Assembly: GCF_009914755.1 (NCBI RefSeq)
Contig: NC_060932.1
Length of the DNA stretch: 64,000 nucleotides
Origin: the human T2T-CHM13v2.0 reference genome, Homo sapiens
Strand: one strand, 5' to 3'
Shown here piece by piece: positions 1 through 15,989 of this stretch (the stretch's first letter is position 1; each line of letters opens with the position of its first letter). A program made the position numbers and the translations under genes. The notes under the pieces were generated by a model. It ran no database searches. It was not told where the DNA came from and saw only the letters and a program-made list of their open reading frames with translations.

Positions 1-80
1 AAAATATAATAAAAAGGCAACTGTTGATAAATATTGTTGGATATGTTGTCAGTTTTTTTAATATCAAAAGTCCTGACATA

Positions 81-304
81 TAGCCTGGGCAACATAGTGA
101 GACCCTGTCTGTACAAAAAATAAATAAATAAATTAGCAGGGCATGGTGGCGCTTGCCTGTAATCCTAGCAATTTAGGAGGCTGAAGTGGGAGTATTGCTT
201 GAGTCCTGGAGTTTGAGCTGCAATGAGCCATGTTTTCACCACTGTACTCTAGCCTGGGTGACCAAGCAAGACTGTGTCTCCTTAAAAAAAAAAAAAAAAA
301 AAAA
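81..304 (+). mobile_element. 5'-truncated AluJ
   Basis: Alu right arm plus poly(A); TSD-like aaaagtc(c)tgacat on both sides. Confidence 0.85.
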
Positions 305-537
305 GTCTGACATTTTGTAAAAAGAAAAAAAAGATATATTGTCAGTTTTAGATTGGAATAAAGCACTTATTTTTGTGGAAGATTGTGAGGGAAGTCAAGG
401 ATTACAAGTTAAGTACCGTCCTTTCTGGTGATTTTTTCCTGTTTAGTTTTAAATTTGAAATTATTCTGATATATTTCTGTTAACTTGATTGTTGAGAGGA
501 ATTATATTCAACGGAATCAGTCAAAATAGGCATTTAT

Positions 538-768
538 CCAACCTGGGCAACATGGTGAGACCCCATCTTTATAAAAAAAAATAGCCAGGTGTGGTAGTGT
601 GCACCTGTAGTCCTAACTACTCCGGAAGCTGAAGTGGGAGGATTGCTTGAGCCCTGGAGGTTTTAGGCTGCAGTGACCCATGATCGTGCTACTGCACTGC
701 AGCCTGGGTGACAGAGGAAGACCCTGTGTCAAAAACACAAACAAAGGCAAACAACAACAAAACAAAAT
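538..768 (+). mobile_element. 5'-truncated AluJ
   Basis: Alu right arm with decayed CAA-rich tail; flanks aaaataggcattt / aaaatagtcattt. Confidence 0.85.
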
Positions 769-1003
769 AGTCATTTGTGTATAAAATTTTTATAGACTTC
801 TTGGGCAGTATTTGTCAATAGTTAATATATCTTTTTATAATTTTAGAACATTTATGTTTCTTAAAGTTTGCTCTTAGGGAAATACCTTGATATTAAGGAG
901 GAAAGCATTAGAATTCATTGCTCAGCTTAGATTTGAAGAATGTTTGGAATTAATTTCTGGTTCATATTTTTGTTAAGAAAACAAGATCATGTTTCTACAT
1001 TAG

Positions 1004-1395
<392 letters not shown>

Positions 1396-1824
1396 ATGAG
1401 TCCTTTTAATCAATTAATTGCTTTTTCTCTATAATAATTGTAGACAGCTGAAGAGGGATCAATTTAAAAAAATTCAAGTTTACTTCAGTAATCATTCTAG
1501 ATTACAGAATTGTGCTTTAAAATAGCTACATTGTATATATCAGTACTAGAAACATCCAAGAAATAGGAGTCTACATTACATAAAAATATAAAATATAAAA
1601 AGCTTTATTATAAAGAATGAGAATAATTAGTTGATACTCAATATAGAGAAGTCACTGTGCTTAAAATTGTAACTTTCTAGTTCAAGAACTTTCATTAGGC
1701 CTAAGTTAAATATTGGTTTTTTTAAAAATGTGAGCTTTGACTTTGCATTTAAAAGTGATGAATATATCTATGTCGTAAGAATGAGGGGAAGTAAATAATT
1801 GGCAAACACATGCTGAATACCTTT

Positions 1825-2070
1825 TTTAAAAAAGTAACCTTTTCTTTTTGGAATAATTTTAGAGTTACAGACAGGTTGCAAAGATAGTACAGAGAGTTCC
1901 TTTATGTTCTTTACCCAGTTTCCCTTATTGTTATGTTATCACAGTATATTTGTCAAAACTAAGAAGGCTTCATTGATGCATTACTGTTACATTTTGAACA
2001 TTAATTGAATTTCATGATATGTTTTTTCTGTACCGTGATTCAAACCAGGATACCATGTTGCATTTAGAAT
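1825..2070 (-). mobile_element. Old L1 (L1MC-like) 3' end fragment
   Basis: ataattttagagttacag...ttgcaaagatagtacagagagttcc matches the recalled L1MC 3' UTR. Confidence 0.6.
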
Positions 2071-2176
2071 AGTACTTTTGTAAAATAATTTATGTAATTT
2101 TTGAAACATATAAATAATATGTTATAAGCATCTGGGGAGTTAAGAATTTTTTGTTTTGTTAATATCTAGATTAGTA

Positions 2177-4767
<2,591 letters not shown>

Positions 4768-5345
4768 TACTTCTTATCTAGCTGGCTTTCAATAAGTATT
4801 TGTTGCATGATTGAATGAGTCTATGAGATTTAGTAGGAAACATCTTTTGAAAAGAAATATGCTTGATTCTATTTCCTTCATAGGAACTAGAAAGAGCCTG
4901 TTTTATCTTTTTGCATTTCATCACCACTTTCTTTTTTATTTCAAATAGTGAGAAGTCTTGGAAATGACTGAAACTACACGTTGTTGAATGTTTTGTTGAA
5001 TATAAAATGAACTGAGGTTATACTATATGTAAATTTTTGGCAGAATACATAAATGATTTTGTGAGTATGGGACTGTTATTGCACACAGCTTTCACTTTTT
5101 AAAACAATATTAAGAAGGAGTTTAAAAAGTATTTAAATTCTCTATATACGTTGAGACTAGCATATTCAACCTTTATACCATGGATAATCTGTTACAGCTG
5201 TTTTTGTTGCACCTGCTTTCCTGCTTAATATTTAAATTTCCTGAATCTTAAAATTGGCCTTGTTTTAATCAATTAATCATCATAATGACAATTTATTGCT
5301 CTTTAATACTAAATTTGATTTACTTAATATTCTTATATTTCTTAG

Positions 5346-5441
5346 CTCACAGAAATGCAAGTTGAGAGTAGTTATTACAGTCCACAGAAAGTAAAATCTA
5401 AAGAAGTATTGTGTTGGGAACAAGAAGGAACTACAGTTGAG
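5346..5441 (+). CDS. VPS13B: VPS13B coding exon (probably exon 9), 96 nt, phase 0-0
   Basis: Acceptor tttcttag|CTC, donor GAG|gtaatc. Encodes LTEMQVESSYYSPQKVKSKEVLCWEQEGTTVE, recognised as VPS13B and in frame with the next exon. Confidence 0.95.
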
Positions 5442-5728
5442 GTAATCTTTCAATATTGAACCTGTATTTTTAAATATTTTGTTCTTTAATATTTTATAAA
5501 TACCTGTTTTTATCAGATGTAGTGTATTTAAAAATACAAGTAAGATGTTTGTTTCTTATTTTAATAGAGTTTACTATCTCATGGATAGTATAAATAAATA
5601 GTATAGAATAAATTTAAAAATGACATAATTCTAAAGATGTTTAACTAATTTAGAGATTCTACAAGGAAAGCCTCTAACATTTTTATTAAATTCAATTCTT
5701 AGTTCTAATGTTTCCTTTCGTCTTATAG

Positions 5729-5851
5729 GCCCTTATGATGGGAGAACCTTTCTTTGATTGCCAGATTGGGTTTGTTGGTTGCAGAGCCATGTGCCTTAAA
5801 GGAATTATGGGTGTTAAAGATTTTGAAGAGAATATGAATAGAAGTGAAACT
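5729..5851 (+). CDS. VPS13B: VPS13B coding exon (probably exon 10), 123 nt, phase 0-0
   Basis: tcttatag|GCC ... ACT|gtaagt. Encodes ALMMGEPFFDCQIGFVGCRAMCLKGIMGVKDFEENMNRSET. Confidence 0.95.
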
Positions 5852-6309
5852 GTAAGTCCGTTTCCTCCATCCTTTTTTGGATAGGATATAGGAATAATTA
5901 AGTGCTTACTGAAGTGTTTAACCATATAATATCTGTTAGACTATATATATCTCAGGCTTGAGAGAGGAGCTTTACTATTTCTCCCTGTGTTTCACCTGCC
6001 AGAAATTATAGATCTCAGGGAAGTTTAGAAAGTTGGTAGCGCCTAACACCTGGACAGTAGTTCCAACTACTTTCTTATTCATGAATCTTTCTTCTTTTTT
6101 GTTCATGGCAGTTATTTGGAGTTTCCTTTTGGTTTGTAAAAATGATCTTTGGCAAAATAGTCAATGAAGGTGGAGCAGCAGCATTCCTTATCTTTCTGTT
6201 TTAGTGATTTCTTTTGACTAGTAAATGGGCATCATAAAATCAAGGTTTTATTTTGTTTAACAGGCTAATGGTTTTTCTTCCCATTTATAAATTTTGCATT
6301 TGTTTTCAG

Positions 6310-6447
6310 GAAGCCTGTTTCTTCATTTGTGGTGACAATTTGAGTACGAAAGGTTTCACATACCTTACAAATTCATTGTTTGATTACCGAAGCCCAGAAA
6401 ATAATGGTACTCGCGCAGAATTTATCTTGGATTCAACTCATCATAAG
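6310..6447 (+). CDS. VPS13B: VPS13B coding exon (probably exon 11), 138 nt, phase 0-0
   Basis: tgttttcag|GAA ... AAG|gttaga. Encodes EACFFICGDN...DSTHHK, contained in ORF 6253..6507. Confidence 0.95.
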
Positions 6448-7378
6448 GTTAGAGAATATATATTTGAACCAAATTCTAGGCTGTGTTTGGGTGGACACAT
6501 TGTATGAATACTTGTGATTTCTAGCTTTCTTTTCAAATAATGCCTTCTGAATGCTAATTGTTTATTAAAACATTTAGAATGCATTTATACAGTATACATG
6601 TAGAAATGTTTGAGGAGTGCACAGAGATCTTTTATTGAATATGTAAACATATTTTGCTTATTTATGCCCTGCTTCAAAAATAATCGTGGAGGAAACATGT
6701 TGAATTACCTCTGTTAATTTTTGTTACTTTTAATGTGTGGGATTGATGTAAAGAAATGAGGAATTTACCTTTTTACTATCTATACTTCTTAGTGTTTTTT
6801 AAATGTAAGAATATATTAATATGTTTATGGAATATTAATACATTTATGAAATCAGTTAAAAATTCAGATAATTACCTGAAGATTAATGCAATAGGATAAT
6901 TTACATTTTACTCTTTTTTTATCAAGATTTACTTCCATTGTTAAAATATTTAATGTTGACTTGCATAATTAACATACATTTAGAATATTTCAGTATATCT
7001 TTAGTGTTTGAATTGTTTCATGATATGAAGTATTTAAGGATTAATTCTATTTGAGAGTATACATTATTAGACAGTTTTGTGATAGTGATAAAGGTCAGGA
7101 GTGTACTATCTCCTCCATTGTAGGTATTTATTAACTAGACATGATTAATAAAGTGGTCAAAATGTCTCATAAAAGTATGGATGTCTTTTTTGTGTGGTCT
7201 GTAATAGATGGAATATTACCTTTCTTAGAAGTAAATTCTTGGAATAACCTCTGTTCTTTTGGTCATCCTTTGTGTTGTTATACATTCTATATAAAGATAT
7301 GTGTCTAACCTATCAAGCTTTAAACTCAAAAGTTTCTTTTATACAATGTTTATTCTGTTTGCATTGCTTTGTTGGCAG

Positions 7379-7466
7379 GAGACATACACTGAGATAGCTG
7401 GAATGCAACGGTTTGGGGCTTTTTATATGGATTACCTGTATACAATGGAGAACACTAGTGGCAAAG
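7379..7466 (+). CDS. VPS13B: VPS13B coding exon (probably exon 12), 88 nt, phase 0-1
   Basis: gttggcag|GAG ... AAAG|gtattg. Encodes ETYTEIAGMQRFGAFYMDYLYTMENTSGK, contained in ORF 7301..7567. Confidence 0.95.
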
Positions 7467-8399
7467 GTATTGGCTTCTTTCCTTTATGTGTGCCATTTCT
7501 TGAACAACTGAAACAAAGCCTTCCTCAGAATCAATTGGTCCTTGACTGGTTGTACTCTGCTACATAAGATTTATCTTCTAGTACTTTGGGGAGTGGTTTA
7601 ATTTTAACATCATGTTAGAATTGTCTTAGATTCTTGTCATTTCAAATCCATTCTTTATACAGCTGACTGAAGACATTTTGTATAACCTGTTAGAATTAGT
7701 TCTCATGTGTACCATATATTATGATTCTGATATATCAAATTTTATATTACATTAAATTTTTAAAAAGAATAAACCTTTTCTATTCTAAATACACTTTGAA
7801 GGTGATACTAATTTTTAATTAAAAAGAATGTGTTGTATCAATCAGAAAAATAGAAAATCTTCCAGAGACTTTAGATGTATATATTGTATTATTTTATTAT
7901 GTACCTTATTATTGTATTATTTTCTATTTTTTGGAAATAAATGACGTTTAAAACATTTCAACACTTTTTTTTTACTTCTATATCAATATATGATGTACTT
8001 ACTATTTCAGTCTTTTTTATGTTGAAAAGTTAGCGAAAATAGGTTCACAGTTTTTTTTGGTGAATTTTTCATGTTTTATAAAAATGATTTCAGTGTATTA
8101 GGTGATATGTTAGGTACAGATGAATGCAATGAAAACCAAAGCATTTCCCAAAGAGCCAATAGGTGGTGTTGAACTAGGCATTTAAGTAAATGATTATAAC
8201 GTAGCATGTTAAGAAGAGTAGTATAGAGAACTAGAAGTGTGGGTAAAAAAAAAAAAAAATGACAACTTTTGCTTGTGAGATTGAAACTTCGCAGAGTTGA
8301 TCTTGAAGTAAATTTGTTTTTGATGAAGAAAGAAGGAAAGAGCAGTAAATTTCTGGCTTCTGCTTTTGGAATGGTTTCTAAATGTTGATGTTTTCATTG

Positions 8400-8850
8400 G
8401 TCAATCCTTAATTTCTTTCCCTAAACTTTCTCCCAAGTTAATTTCATTCTTTTCCATGGATTTAAGTACTTTCCATATGTTGTTGATACTCAAATTTGCA
8501 TTTTATAGTCCAAAGTTCTCTAAGATTCAGAATTAAATATCCAATGCATACTTGACGTTTTTGCCTCTGTGTCTTTCAGATATCTCAAAACTGATTTTGT
8601 CCAAAATTGAGTTATTAATAAATATTCCTATGACCACTTACTACCTCTGCTTCTTTATTTTTAGGCTTCTCTTCTTTGAAAATCGTACTATCCTCTTCTT
8701 GTTGCTCAAGCCAGAAGCCTGGGAGTCATCATGACACACCTTTTCCCTCGCTCCTAGCCATCTGGTCCACAGATGATAACAGTGGTATCACTGTTACCAT
8801 ATGGACTAGCATTTAGTTCATATGTACCATCATCTCTAGATTCTAATATA
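8400..8850 (-). mobile_element. L2 fragment
   Basis: Degenerate L2 motifs (atctcaaaact...tccaaaattga, gttgctcaagccagaa). Confidence 0.5.
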
Positions 8851-8853
8851 TAT

Positions 8854-9179
<326 letters not shown>

Positions 9180-10140
9180 TAGTCCTATAGTTTCTACTGC
9201 AATCACAGGGATTTAATTCTCTGCTGTTAATTTTCATGGGCCTGACATTGGTTTGTTTAAAAACAAAATTTAAATAGTTTACTAGATTCTGGTCTTGAGT
9301 TACTTGGTGGATAGTGATAACTATTAAGAAAGCTAAATAAGAGGAAAATTTTTGGAGGAAAAGATGAGTTTTGAGATAACTGTGGACATTGAAGTGTAAA
9401 TATTCCTTAGCCAGTTATATATATGAAAGTGCAACTCAGAAGTCTTGTGTTCTAATAGCATTGCAAATTATTGTAGTGTTGTAGTTGCCACTTGTAAACT
9501 GGTAGGTTTCCTCTTGTTCAATATAATGTCTTATGCATGTGCTGTGGATTCCATGTCTTGTGAGGAGGTGAAGTATGTAGTAGTTACCTTTTAAGCAAAG
9601 GAAACCTAGCACAGAACATCTTTATTTGTATATATGCCTCTCCTGCAGTTTTTAAAAGATAGAAACATGATTTATGTTTGTTAGATTGTTTATATATTAC
9701 TTCTGAGAAGCCAGTAGTTTGTTAACTTTTGGGTTTTTCATATTTTTCACTTCCATGAATACTATACAGTGTTACAGATATTATAGTCCTTAACTTTTAA
9801 AACAAAATATTGAATATTGCACATGTACAGAACAGCAAATAATTTAAAACTGAACACCTGTGTATTCTCCACGCACACCAAGAAATAGGACATTGTTAGC
9901 ATCCAGTAAGCCTCCTATGTGTTTCTTTTCTACCACACTCTGCCTCCTTTACTGGAGGAGATTGCTGTTTTGAGATTCATGAGAACCACTGTCTTGCTTT
10001 TGGTTTATCCCCATTTTACAGATGAGGAAACAGCAAACCCAATACAGGTAAAGTAACAAGAACCAAGATCACACACAGTATGTGGGATTTGAACCCAACC
10101 TATCCAGCTCTAGAGCCTACATTTATAACTATTCTGTTGA

Positions 10141-10450
<310 letters not shown>

Positions 10451-10798
10451 CTCTGTTGATATTTCTTTCTTTCTTGGTTTACCTGAAACAAGAAATTTGT
10501 AGAATTTTAAGTATTAATGAGCTAGGAAAAGTAATGAGTTCCTATAAGAGGATACTTGTAAATACTTAAAAAAAAAAAGCTTTATCTAAAACTCTTGTTT
10601 TTTTGTGACAACTTTTTTTTTGTTTCTATAGTCTACATTATCAAAAAGTGCCCTAAATTTTATTAAGTAAATATCTAAACACGTATTGAGCCAATATTTT
10701 TACAGAGTTTGTAGTGAATCCTGATAGTTTGAAGGCGGATTTGATTTTGTATGTTTTAAGTAAGTTCATGGCAGTATTCTAATTAATGTAAGAAACTA

Positions 10799-11103
<305 letters not shown>

Positions 11104-11244
11104 GGAAGTAAATACAGTAATAAAGGAAGCTTCTATTATTTATTTTTCTTGTAATAAATGATAAAATAGTATCTTGTCCACATTATACTATGGCATATAA
11201 ATAAAAATTAAGTTTCCTCTGCTACTATTTGGTATTGATGATAA

Positions 11245-11426
11245 GCTGCTGCTTCTCTTCTTCTCCTCCTTCTCCTCCTTTCTTCTTGCTGCTGCTTCCT
11301 CCCTCTCCTCCCCTTCTCTTCTCCTCCTCTCCTTCCTCCTCCTCCCCCTCCTTGCCTTCCTCCCCCTCCTCCCCGTCCTTCTCCCCTTCCTCACCCTCCT
11401 CCTCCTCCTCCTCCTTCTCCTTCTTT
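11245..11426. repeat. Degenerate (CCT/CTT)n polypyrimidine low-complexity tract
   Basis: About 180 nt of almost pure C/T; it explains the Ser/Pro-rich and Arg/Glu-rich ORFs in the track. Confidence 0.9.
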
Positions 11427-12472
11427 GTGAGTATACTTTAGTCATTTTTGTTTACAACTGAAACTCTGGAAAAATTAACATCTTTTGCCCATGAGCTTCT
11501 TACAGACACCAGTAAAAGTTTGAACCTTGTGTTCCACAAGATAAGCATCTTCTGACAATTATTTTACTTTTTTTTATGGTACTTGAAAGCAAGTGATGTT
11601 TTAAAAACTAAATGGAAATATTTATTATTAATATAATTGTGTAAATATTTGTTAATGTTGTAATGACTACCTTTCTAGTCTTTTCTGTTTAAGGGGGTTA
11701 TTACAAATGTTATGGACCCTAAAGTAGATAGCTGAAATTGTAATGTACAACAGGAAGATTTTAGAGATAACCAATTTTAGAGATACAATAGGAGATAAAT
11801 CTGAAACAATTAAGTTATTGAATTGAAGGGCAAGAATTGAGAAAGAGTCTTGACTCTTAATAAGGGCAGCCAAACATTCAGGGAGCTGGAGTGGCCAGAT
11901 GCATGAAAGGTGGGCACAAGTAAATAGCTGAAAATATATAGCTAAAAGCCAGTTGTGTTTTTACATTTCAGACAAGCCATGGTATCTAAATTTAAACTGC
12001 ATTATATTCAGTTTTCATTATGGGGGGCATTGGCCTGTATTATTTTAGAGACAATTTTGTGTCTAAAAGAAGAGTCTTGTTATACAGTGACATCATTTAG
12101 GGAGTCTATTATCCCCTAAAGGACGCATAGCAGGGCATTTTTATTGCTTTTTGAGTATTTTGATTTGTAACCGAAGTTCTATCTTTAAGTTACCTCATTC
12201 TGTCTTACATGTAATTCTAGAAATGTAATGGTTTTAGCTATGAAAAGTAATGGTTTTGATGTGAATGGTATGTTATTTATACCTAATTCCTAATGTGAGT
12301 CAGTATTAATCATACATCTTACAAAATATGTATAAGATTAATTTTGTATGTTTTATTTGATGTGACATTGGGCTTATAGATTTTTACTTGTATTATATAG
12401 TTAACTTTAAAATAATCTTTGCACTAAGTCGTCTGGTTAAAAATATGTGAGTAATAAATCTAATTAATTTTT

Positions 12473-12790
<318 letters not shown>

Positions 12791-13682
12791 AATCTAATTC
12801 ATTTTTGTTCATATGATGAAGACTAAAGATTGAGCTGTACTCCTTTGCATGAAATAATGGAAATATATTTTTGTATAAAAGTATTAGAAGGTATAGATAT
12901 AAAAGTTTTGTGTAAGTAGGCTTTTCTAGTTTCTAAGGTTATTAAATCCTGGAAAATTCTTTCTTCTTTTTGTCTGAATAAACAAAATGCATTATAAATT
13001 AAAAATCATTTTTATCACAATAATGGATTCATGTATACAAAAAACCTCTCATTTAAGAGATGTACATATTAGATAATGACACATGCCTATACCTGGGGCC
13101 AATATCTTATTTAGAAAACAGTGTATGAGGAGATGAGGAGTCTAGGAAGTAGGATTCTGTACCATGGAACATCGCTATAATGAATCTATTCTAGAAAAAG
13201 TTCAAAGCAGGTAATACCTACTGTTCATTTCCATGGTCATTATAAAACTCTCAAGGCACCCTGTGATCATGTTACTTAAATAACCCAATTTTCAATAGAC
13301 TAAGATAATTTACTAAGATAAATTAGTAAAATGGAGTTTCCTCCAAAGTACCCCCTCTCAGTCAATGCATATTGTGTATAGAATTACTAGATATAAGCCA
13401 ATTAGGTTTTGCAGAATAATTTTCTAAGAATGACAATTTTGATTTTATATTGCTTGTTATAATATTAAATAACAGGAATAAATTTTAATGAATTGCTTTT
13501 TATCAGTAATTTATTATATGCACAGAGAAATACAAATCAGCAGGGCTCTCTGTATGCAGCTGATTGGGAATTTGTTTTAAGGCATTAAGCTACAAGCTAT
13601 AAAAATGAGAGAAGAGCGATTTTAAAATATTTACTTGGTATATCCAATTGATGCTTAAAATATAAAATTTGACTTCTTTTAG

Positions 13683-13874
13683 GTTCCACAAATCAACAAG
13701 ACTTTTCTTCAGGGAAAAGTGAAGATTTGGGAACAGTTCAGGAGAAGTCCACCAAAAGCCTTGTTATAGGTCCTCTTGATTTTCGTTTGGATAGCAGTGC
13801 GGTGCATAGGATTTTGAAAATGATTGTGTGTGCCTTGGAACATGAATATGAACCATATAGCAGGCTAAAATCAG
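13683..13874 (+). CDS. VPS13B: VPS13B coding exon (probably exon 13), 192 nt, phase 1-1
   Basis: cttcttttag|GT ... TCAG|gtttgt. Encodes (G)STNQQDFSSGKSEDLG...EYEPYSRLKS and keeps the frame. Confidence 0.95.
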
Positions 13875-14525
13875 GTTTGTTTCTGGATTAATTTTGAATC
13901 TTTTGCCATTTGTTTTGAGAATAATTATATAATCCAATTTGTGTTGTCTTGCTAACTTTACGTTTTTAGTGTAATTTGCCTGTTTGCAAGGACTTTGATA
14001 TATGTAGCTGTTTATTTAAAGAATAAACTTGTGTGTAGAAGTTGGAGAGATCAAGATTTGAAAATTATTGCACAAGTACTTTATTTGCCAGTATTTGTCA
14101 GTATTTTATTGTTATACCTTTTTGATACTTTTTCTAGTGGATACTTGTGAATATGACTTTTTTTTTTCACATTAATGGATTCTAAGGAGCCAGATACAAA
14201 ATTGGGCTCTAAACACACAAATTTAACATTGAAGAAAACTTAGGCACTGCTGGTTTAGAAAAAGTTGCTGTACAACTAATTTTTTCTACATGGTAGATAG
14301 CTATAGTTGTCATAGTTTCATAAAATACGAATTCCTTTTTAAAGCAGTAAAGCAACTCTAGAGTAGAGCATAATAGTGTAATGAGGAAGTATAAGATAAT
14401 GAAGAACTCACCCTGTGGAGTCAGACTGTGGTTTAAAATTTGACCCTCACTTCTTAGTATCCTTAAGAAATTTAATTAACATCTTTGATGTTTCATTTCT
14501 CTGTCTCTACAATACGTTTAGTTAC

Positions 14526-14917
14526 TGTGACAGAGATGGCTAATTGTCTCCTCAATATCCATCCTTTTTCATAGTAATAGAAATTTCTATAACAGAAGTA
14601 AAGACTATACATTTAAGGGATAGTCATATGACTAGGTTCTGTCTACTGGGATGGGAGCAGAACTTTATGTGATGTTTTGGGCCATGACTTTAAAAGGAAA
14701 AGAGCATGCCTTCCTTCTTTTCTTCTCTTCTTTCTTCTGGCTGGAAAATAAATACAATGGTATGGGCTGGACCTGCCATTTCAGATCCTGAGATTAAAGC
14801 TGCATGCTGAGGATGACAGAGTAGCAAGATAAAAAGCACCTAGGTCCTCAGTACTGTGATGGCACCATGTCCGCCCTGGGTCCTTTAGACTCAGATTGTT
14901 TCATGAAAAAGAAATAA
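14526..14917 (+). mobile_element. MaLR (MLT1-type) LTR fragment
   Basis: Begins tgtgacagagatggctaattgt, with an MLT1-like internal catatgactaggttct motif. Confidence 0.5.
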
Positions 14918-15245
<328 letters not shown>

Positions 15246-15289
15246 TTACTTTTGTCCCAGCAACTTTACTGTTACCTTAAATGATACAC

Positions 15290-15930
15290 TGATAGGACCT
15301 ACTTCCAATGATTGTTCTGAGCACTAAATGAGATAGTGCACATAAAAGCACTTAACCCAGTGTACAGTAAGTGCTTGACACATTCATGCATTCATTTATT
15401 ATACCTTACTTGAATGCCTACCCTGTGCCAGACATTCTTTATGTGCTAGGATAGTATAGCAAACAAGACATACAAAGCCTTTGGTCTCATGGAGCTTATA
15501 TCCTCATGGGGTAGACAAATAGTAAACAAGTTAAAATATTTCAGTCATTGATAAATACTAGAGAAGAAAAATAAAAGGAAGTGTGAGCAAGAGTGCCAGA
15601 AACAGAAGGAGGGGAGAGCTGTTTTAGTAGGGACTTTAGGAAAGTTTTCTCTGAAGTTTATATGTGAGCTAACTTGTGAATGATGTAACGGAGTGAATCA
15701 TGCATGTATTTGTGAAAAGAGGGTTTTATGTAGACAAGTGCAAGAGCCTTGAGGTAGGAACAGTTTGGCAATATACAGGGATACAAACAGGCTAGAATAG
15801 CTGAAGCACAATAAATGTTTGTAAGTCATAGAGGTAGACATCAATCACCTTGTTGGGTTTTAGGGACCATGTAGTCTGGATTTTATTCTAAATGTGATGG
15901 GAAATCATCAGTAAGTTTTGAATAGGAAGT
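15290..15930. mobile_element. MIR followed by L2 fragments
   Basis: MIR core (aaatgagatagtgcacataaaagcactta) then an L2 3' end (cattcatgcattcatttatt...tgtgccag). Confidence 0.55.
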
Positions 15931-15989
15931 TATTAACTTATTATTTTAATAGTAAATAGTATGGTTGGCATATGTTTTCATTTTAAAAA

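Noticed and set aside
6251-6309. Alternative acceptor ttttgtttaacag 46 nt upstream of exon 11
   Set aside because: It lies just 5' of a likely branch point (gctaat) serving the canonical AG, and its use would frameshift. No evidence of use from sequence alone.
7376-7381. NAGNAG (cagGAG) acceptor at exon 12
   Set aside because: A distal GAG is rarely used, so nothing suggests regulated tandem splicing.
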